From positions 669 through 64,668 of the forward strand of contig DASYTU010000301.1 in assembly GCA_036001925.1 (NCBI GenBank): DNA of 64,000 nucleotides. The letters run 5' to 3'. Of this stretch, positions 59,052-64,000 are shown piece by piece. Position numbers and translations under genes: made by a program. The notes under the pieces were generated by a model that saw only the letters and a program-made list of their open reading frames with translations, did no database searches and was not told the origin of the DNA. Within the stretch, counting starts at the first letter, position 1; the number at the start of each line of letters is the position of its first letter. The stretch comes from Actinoplanes sp. GTDB taxonomy: Bacteria > Actinomycetota > Actinomycetes > Mycobacteriales > Micromonosporaceae.

Positions 59052-59978
59052 TCAGCGGAACTCGGCCTCGCGGACGCTGTTGCCGCCGTCCACCACGAGC
59101 ATCTGGCCCGTGATGTACGACGCCGCCGGCGAGCACAGGAACGCGATGGCCGCGGCTACCTCGTCCGGCGTGCCGGGGCGGCCGATCGGAGTACCGAGGC
59201 CCTGCTTGATCTCGGTCACCGTGGACGCCGCGGTGTAGATCGTGCCCGGCGCGACGCAGTTGACGTTCACTCCGTCGGCCACCAGCTCCATCGCCAGTGC
59301 CCTGGTCAGGCCGACGACGCCCGCCTTCGCCGCGGCGTACGCGGCCTCGGTCGGCAGCGCGTTGACCGGCCCGGCCGTCGCCGCGAGGTTGACGATGCGG
59401 CCCCAACCGCGCTCGGCCATTCCGCCGACGAACGCCCGGCTGCACAGGAATGCCGTGCTCAGGTTGCGGTCGATCTCGGCGCGCCACTCGTCGTACGTCA
59501 GTTGGGCCACCGGGCGCAGGACCTCGGGGCTCGCCCGGCTCGCGAGGCCGGCGTTGTTGACCAGCACCTCGACGTCGCCGAGCTGGTCGGAGATCGCGTC
59601 GGCGAGCGCGCCGACTTCCGCTTCGTCGGTGAGGTCCGCGACGAAACCGGTGACGCCGAGCTCCGAGGCGCGCTCGTGAATACGCCGGGTGGTCGACACG
59701 ATCGCCACGCGGGCGCCCAGATCGCGCAGTCGGCGCGCCGTCGCGTACCCGATCCCGTCCGGGCTGCCGGCTCCCGTGATCAGCGCAACCTTTCCGTCCA
59801 ACCGCGAGGTGATCGGGGCCTCGTCGGCTTCGGAGCCGGTCTCGTCGAACTCGAACGCCAGGTCGGCACCGGGTTCGGGGTCGGATGTGGACGCGGGGCG
59901 GGGGCGGCGACCGGCCGCAGGGCGGGTGGCGTCCCGCCTCGACCGGCTGGCGCTGACGGATCGGGCGTCGAAGACCAT
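59052..59978 (-). CDS. SDR family oxidoreductase
   Basis: [27 protein letters not shown]; start uncertain. Confidence 0.9.
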   Translation of the reverse strand: MVFDARSVSASRSRRDATRPAAGRRPRPASTSDPEPGADLAFEFDETGSEADEAPITSRLDGKVALITGAGSPDGIGYATARRLRDLGARVAIVSTTRRIHERASELGVTGFVADLTDEAEVGALADAISDQLGDVEVLVNNAGLASRASPEVLRPVAQLTYDEWRAEIDRNLSTAFLCSRAFVGGMAERGWGRIVNLAATAGPVNALPTEAAYAAAKAGVVGLTRALAMELVADGVNVNCVAPGTIYTAASTVTEIKQGLGTPIGRPGTPDEVAAAIAFLCSPAASYITGQMLVVDGGNSVREAEFR

Positions 59979-60122
59979 GCGGCGATAGTGCACGTTCGCG
60001 CGTGCGGGGGCAACGTCGCGTCCCCCGTGGCGCACCCCTCGCATAACGGAGCAGTCGTGACGGCGCTGCGGACCGGCACGTCTATCCTGGCGGGCGATAC
60101 GAAGCGCCGGACGGAGGCCGCG

Positions 60123-60635
60123 ATGAGCTACCCCACACCCCCCGGTGCGGGAGACCAGAGCCCGCCGCCGGACCCGCAGATCCAGGCCTACCAGCCGCCG
60201 CCCGATCCGATCTACCAGCCGCCCGGGGCGACGTACCCGCCGGCGTATCAGCCGTATGCACCCCATGGCGGGCTCCCCTATGGGCCGCCGCCGGATCAGC
60301 CCTACCCGTACGGCTACGGCGATCCGTACGCGTATTCGCCCTACCCGCCCGCGGTCCGGCCCACCGACAGCCTGGCGATCGCGTCGCTCGTGGTGTCCTG
60401 CGTGGCGACGGTCGGACTGTGCGGATACGGGATCGGGGGTCTTCTCGGCGTCGTCGGCGCGATTCTCGGCCACGTCGCCCGCCGCCGGATCCGTGTGTCG
60501 GGCGCCGGTGGCGACGGCATGGCGCTGGCCGGCATCATCATCGGCTGGATCGCCGCGGCGGTCGGCGTACTCGCCATTGTCGGCATCATCTTGCTCGTCA
60601 CGTTGAGCAGCAGCTTCGATTCGACCACGGTCTGA
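60123..60635 (+). CDS. DUF4190 membrane protein (paralog)
   Basis: [24 protein letters not shown]...GDGMALAG. Confidence 0.88.
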   Translation: MSYPTPPGAGDQSPPPDPQIQAYQPPPDPIYQPPGATYPPAYQPYAPHGGLPYGPPPDQPYPYGYGDPYAYSPYPPAVRPTDSLAIASLVVSCVATVGLCGYGIGGLLGVVGAILGHVARRRIRVSGAGGDGMALAGIIIGWIAAAVGVLAIVGIILLVTLSSSFDSTTV

Positions 60636-60679
60636 CCGGGACGGTTCACGCGGCGGGCTTCGACGGTCCGGCCGAACGT

Positions 60680-61324
60680 TCAGCCACCTGGCTGCGGGGC
60701 CTGCGGCATCGTCGATGGGGCAAGGGGCGTAACCGGGCCGCGCTCGACGATCACCAGCGGAACCTCCTTGCCGTACATGGTGGGAAGCTCACGCCGGGCC
60801 AGCTCGACATCCGGCGTGCCGATCTCGACGCCGGTGCCGTCGTGCCGCGCGCCGACGGTGAAGATCTGTACGCCGCGCTGGGCCCACATCGCGAGGTCGG
60901 CGACGATCCGGTCGTGCCACGCGGTCAGCTCGGCGAGCCCATGCGGCGCGTCACGGACCACGATGCAGGTGTCCTCGGCACTGTTTCGGATGAACTTGTC
61001 GAATTTGGCCGACGGTACCCGGTAGACGATCGCGCGCACCTGCTCCTGGTCCACCTCGATGCCGGCGTAGCTGTGCGCGTACTTGGCTCGGCCGCCACTG
61101 TCGATGCGGGCCATGGCGGCGTCCAGCTTCGGCGGGGTGACTGGCATCGTGTGACCGCCGGCGGTCATCGTCATCGGCTCGCGGTGGAGTTCGCAGCCGG
61201 CTGTGCTCCAGCCGCCGGTCAGGCCCGTCGGTTCGGGACGTGCGGCCGCGCTCGGGTCGCCGCAGCCGGCGGTCACGAGCGTGGCCCCAAGCAACAGGGC
61301 GATCCGGAGCCGGTCGTGGCGCAT
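60680..61324 (-). CDS. Hypothetical lipoprotein
   Basis: [21 protein letters not shown] lipobox. Confidence 0.72.
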   Translation of the reverse strand: MRHDRLRIALLLGATLVTAGCGDPSAAARPEPTGLTGGWSTAGCELHREPMTMTAGGHTMPVTPPKLDAAMARIDSGGRAKYAHSYAGIEVDQEQVRAIVYRVPSAKFDKFIRNSAEDTCIVVRDAPHGLAELTAWHDRIVADLAMWAQRGVQIFTVGARHDGTGVEIGTPDVELARRELPTMYGKEVPLVIVERGPVTPLAPSTMPQAPQPGG

Positions 61325-61481
61325 TGCATCCCATCTCTCTACCGTGGCTTGCGGTAGCTCGACAAGGTTCACCGAGGCGGCGCTCCGACCGCGTCGGTAA
61401 GGCGCATCGAGGGTAGCCATCGATTTCCACAACGGCGACGGGGCCATGCCCGCTGCTCTCGAGGGCGACCCAAACGACTGC

Positions 61482-62552
61482 TCAACGAGGCGACGACCCT
61501 CCGTCGTCGGCGCCCGCCGGCGCCGCACCTCGCGACGAACCCGGCTCACCGGCGCCCGCCGGCGCGACGCCCCGCGACGAACCCGGCTCACCGGCGCCCG
61601 CCGGCGCGACGCCCGGCGTCGGGGCCGCGCCGTCGGCGAGTGCGGCGGTCGCGCCCGCGCGGGCTTCTCGCGTACCGCCAATGACCACGACCGCGACCCC
61701 TGCGAGCAGCAACGCCACGCCGGGCAGCGCCGCGAGCCGAGGTGTCTGTCCCAGCCAGACCCACGCGAGCAGCGCCGCCCCGGGGGTCTCGAGCAGGATC
61801 AACACGCTGACGGTCGTCGCGGATGTCCGGTGCAGGGCGTAGTTGAACATCGAGTGTCCCAGCAGCTGCGCCCCGGCCGCGATGGCGATGATTGCCGCCC
61901 AGGTCTGCTTGTCGTACCGGAATAGCTCCAAGCCGGCCGCGAGGCACACGACGAGCAGGACCACCGCGCAGACGCCGTAGCAGATCCAGGTGTAGGTCGT
62001 CGTGCTGAGCCGGGTGCGGGCGCGCTCGCCCAGTGCCGTGTAGACGGCGGCGGCCATCCCGCCGAGCACGGCCAGCACGTCCGCAAGCACGGCACGGGTG
62101 GAGACGCCGACGTCGGCGCCCGTGGCCCATGCCGCGCCGGCGACCGCGAACGCGATGCCGATCCACCCCGCGGTCGACGGACGCCGGCCCTGCCAGGCCG
62201 CGATCAGGCCTTGCCAGATCGGCTGCGTGGCGACCAGCGCTGTCGCCGTGGCCACCGAACCGAGCTGGACGCTAGGCATCCAGGTGCCGAAGTGGGCGGC
62301 CAGGGCGAGCCCGGCCAGCACGCAAAACCAGAGATCACGCCGCGCGGCGTTGCGAAGCTCGGCGCGGCGGGGTACCAGCGTGGTCGGCGTGAGCGCGACG
62401 GCCGCGATCGCATTGCGCCAGAACGCCAGGGCCAACGCCGGAGCCGCTGCGAACGCGATCAGCGGGGCCGACGAGGACACCGCGAGCACCGCGACCGTCA
62501 ACGCGGCCACGGTCGGCAATCCGGACCGTTCGCGGTTTGAACGCACGCTCAT
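61482..62552 (-). CDS. DMT/EamA family transporter
   Basis: About 10 TMs, AFWRN, HFGTW, QLLGH, LLETP. Confidence 0.88.
   Translation of the reverse strand: MSVRSNRERSGLPTVAALTVAVLAVSSSAPLIAFAAAPALALAFWRNAIAAVALTPTTLVPRRAELRNAARRDLWFCVLAGLALAAHFGTWMPSVQLGSVATATALVATQPIWQGLIAAWQGRRPSTAGWIGIAFAVAGAAWATGADVGVSTRAVLADVLAVLGGMAAAVYTALGERARTRLSTTTYTWICYGVCAVVLLVVCLAAGLELFRYDKQTWAAIIAIAAGAQLLGHSMFNYALHRTSATTVSVLILLETPGAALLAWVWLGQTPRLAALPGVALLLAGVAVVVIGGTREARAGATAALADGAAPTPGVAPAGAGEPGSSRGVAPAGAGEPGSSRGAAPAGADDGGSSPR
61509..61614 (-). repeat. 42-bp in-frame tandem repeat, about 2.5 copies
   Basis: Encodes GVAPAGAGEPGSSR in the transporter tail. Confidence 0.85.
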
Positions 62553-62706
62553 ACCTCGGCCATCGCTACCTGCAGACTGGAACGCGATGCGTGCAATGCT
62601 CTCTCGGCGCTCACCGAGCGCGGCCCGGAGACCGGCCTGATCAGCGACTGTACGCAGGAGCTCGGCGCGGGCCGGAGGTGATTCCCGGGCGTGCGAGGAT
62701 GACCGA

Positions 62707-63201
62707 GTGACAGCTCCGCTCCTCGACGAGGCGATCAAGAAGGCGGCCGTGGCCTGGGTCTCGGTCGGTGACGGCCCAGCGCTCGCGCTGTGGTGCACGC
62801 CGCTCGAGGGCAGCCTTGTCATCGTCAGCGGACCTGGGGAGCAGCGCGCGCCGGGCCTCGCCGAGGCGCAGGCCGCGACGGTACGGCTGCGCGGAGACAC
62901 CGGCGGCCTGATCGTCATCTGGGAGGCAGCGGTGGCGCGGCTGACCCCGGGCAGCGAGGAGTGGACCACCGTCGCGCCCCAGCTGGCCGGCCGGCGGCTC
63001 AACGCCCCGGTCCCGGCGGACGAGTTGGTCGCGCGATGGGCCGAGACGGGCTGCGCGGTCGTACGGCTCACGCCGGCGGGCACCGAGCCGACCACCGCAC
63101 CGAAGCTCCCCGACGACTCGCAGGCCACCCCGCCGCGCGACACTCCAGCACGGGTGCCGGTACGCCGGCCCTTCCACCTACACCGGCCCCGCCGGCGCTG
63201 A
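62707..63201 (+). CDS. Conserved hypothetical protein
   Basis: EAIKKAAVAWV...GPGEQ..PGL...LAGRRLNA; fills the gap between genes. Confidence 0.72.
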   Translation: MTAPLLDEAIKKAAVAWVSVGDGPALALWCTPLEGSLVIVSGPGEQRAPGLAEAQAATVRLRGDTGGLIVIWEAAVARLTPGSEEWTTVAPQLAGRRLNAPVPADELVARWAETGCAVVRLTPAGTEPTTAPKLPDDSQATPPRDTPARVPVRRPFHLHRPRRR

Positions 63202-63227
63202 GGGGCCGCTGACGGTTCGCCGATCCC

Positions 63228-64000
63228 TCAGCCGATGAACGGCGGGACGGCGATCTCGCCGGTCGCGACCGGTACGACATGGCCGGAGACCGTTGCGGTC
63301 GTGGCGGTACCGGCCGATGCGGTCACGGTGCATTCCAGAAGTGACGGCCGGTGCATCTCGATGCCCTGGTGGATCGTGTACGGCGAGAGGCCGTCCGGCG
63401 GCAGCCAGCCGGCGGCGACCAGCCACACACCTAGGCCCAGCGCCGCCGATCCGGTGGCCGGGTCCTCCGGAACCGACACGCCGGGGCAGAACACCCGGGC
63501 CTGCGCCGAACGCTGCGAAACATTCCAGGAGAACACGCTGATCTGCGGGACACCCAGCTTCTCGGACGTCGCCGCATCGGCCCAAGCACGGGCCAGCGCG
63601 GAGTGCCGTACCGGGAGAAAGGTGAACTCGAGCCCGCACCCGGCGAGCCGCGGCGCGGCGTCGGGGATCAGATCGTCGCCGGTCAGGCCGACCAGCGACA
63701 GGAGCGGCGCAGGATCGAGGGGCGGCCCCAGCGTCGGCTCGCCCCCGGTCAGCGTCGCGGAGCCCGTGTCGGTGACATCGATCGGCAGCGGCCCGGCCCC
63801 GCACTCCTGCACAAGCCGCCCCGGCTCGGCGAGGCCGCGCCGGACGGCGGTCACGGCCGCGCCCACACTGGGATGTCCGGCGAACGGCAACTCCGCGTTC
63901 GGCGTGAAGATCCGCGCCCGGTACGTCGCCGAGCTCGACGGCGGCAGTACGAACACGGTCTCGGAGAGGTTGAACTCGCGGGCCAGCGCCTGCATCTGAT
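63228..64000 (-). CDS. PhzF family isomerase (5' end outside window)
   Basis: NLSETVF, RIFTP..ELPFAGHP, EDPATGSA, QG.EM.RPS. Confidence 0.92.
   Translation of the reverse strand, partial: QMQALAREFNLSETVFVLPPSSSATYRARIFTPNAELPFAGHPSVGAAVTAVRRGLAEPGRLVQECGAGPLPIDVTDTGSATLTGGEPTLGPPLDPAPLLSLVGLTGDDLIPDAAPRLAGCGLEFTFLPVRHSALARAWADAATSEKLGVPQISVFSWNVSQRSAQARVFCPGVSVPEDPATGSAALGLGVWLVAAGWLPPDGLSPYTIHQGIEMHRPSLLECTVTASAGTATTATVSGHVVPVATGEIAVPPFIG

Noticed and set aside
63228-64000. Phenazine biosynthesis cluster
   Set aside because: Lone PhzF-family gene; no other phz genes in the window.

Overview
High-GC actinobacterial chromosome segment; gene content and order suggest Micromonosporaceae (Actinoplanes-like), which is an inference. 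Left part (1-16.1 kb, minus strand) is an accessory operon: two PUFA-synthase/hglE-like iterative type I PKS genes (FMN-type ER-KS-AT-ACP-KR and KS-AT-DH-PPTase), a free ACP, an alpha/beta-hydrolase and a sulfotransferase. These are followed by an internally deleted copy and an intact copy of an unknown secreted protein, then a lipoprotein esterase. The middle is mostly core genes (desaturase, TetR, ABC-F, ispE, rsmA, tatD, metG, rsmI, protein O-mannosyltransferase). An accessory stretch at 31-40.8 kb ends at tRNA-Ala(CGC), with two downstream copies of the tRNA 3' end delimiting integrase-less islets (DUF433/PIN toxin-antitoxin pair; serine hydrolase). The right part holds the glpR-GNAT-moeA-galU-fmdB block, a RecB-family nuclease, trxA, and a radical SAM gene with a LexA-like box and a 293-aa intein inside its CxxxCxxC motif. 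No CRISPR array, rRNA, transposase or intact integrase was seen. All calls come from reading motifs by eye; no database searches were run.
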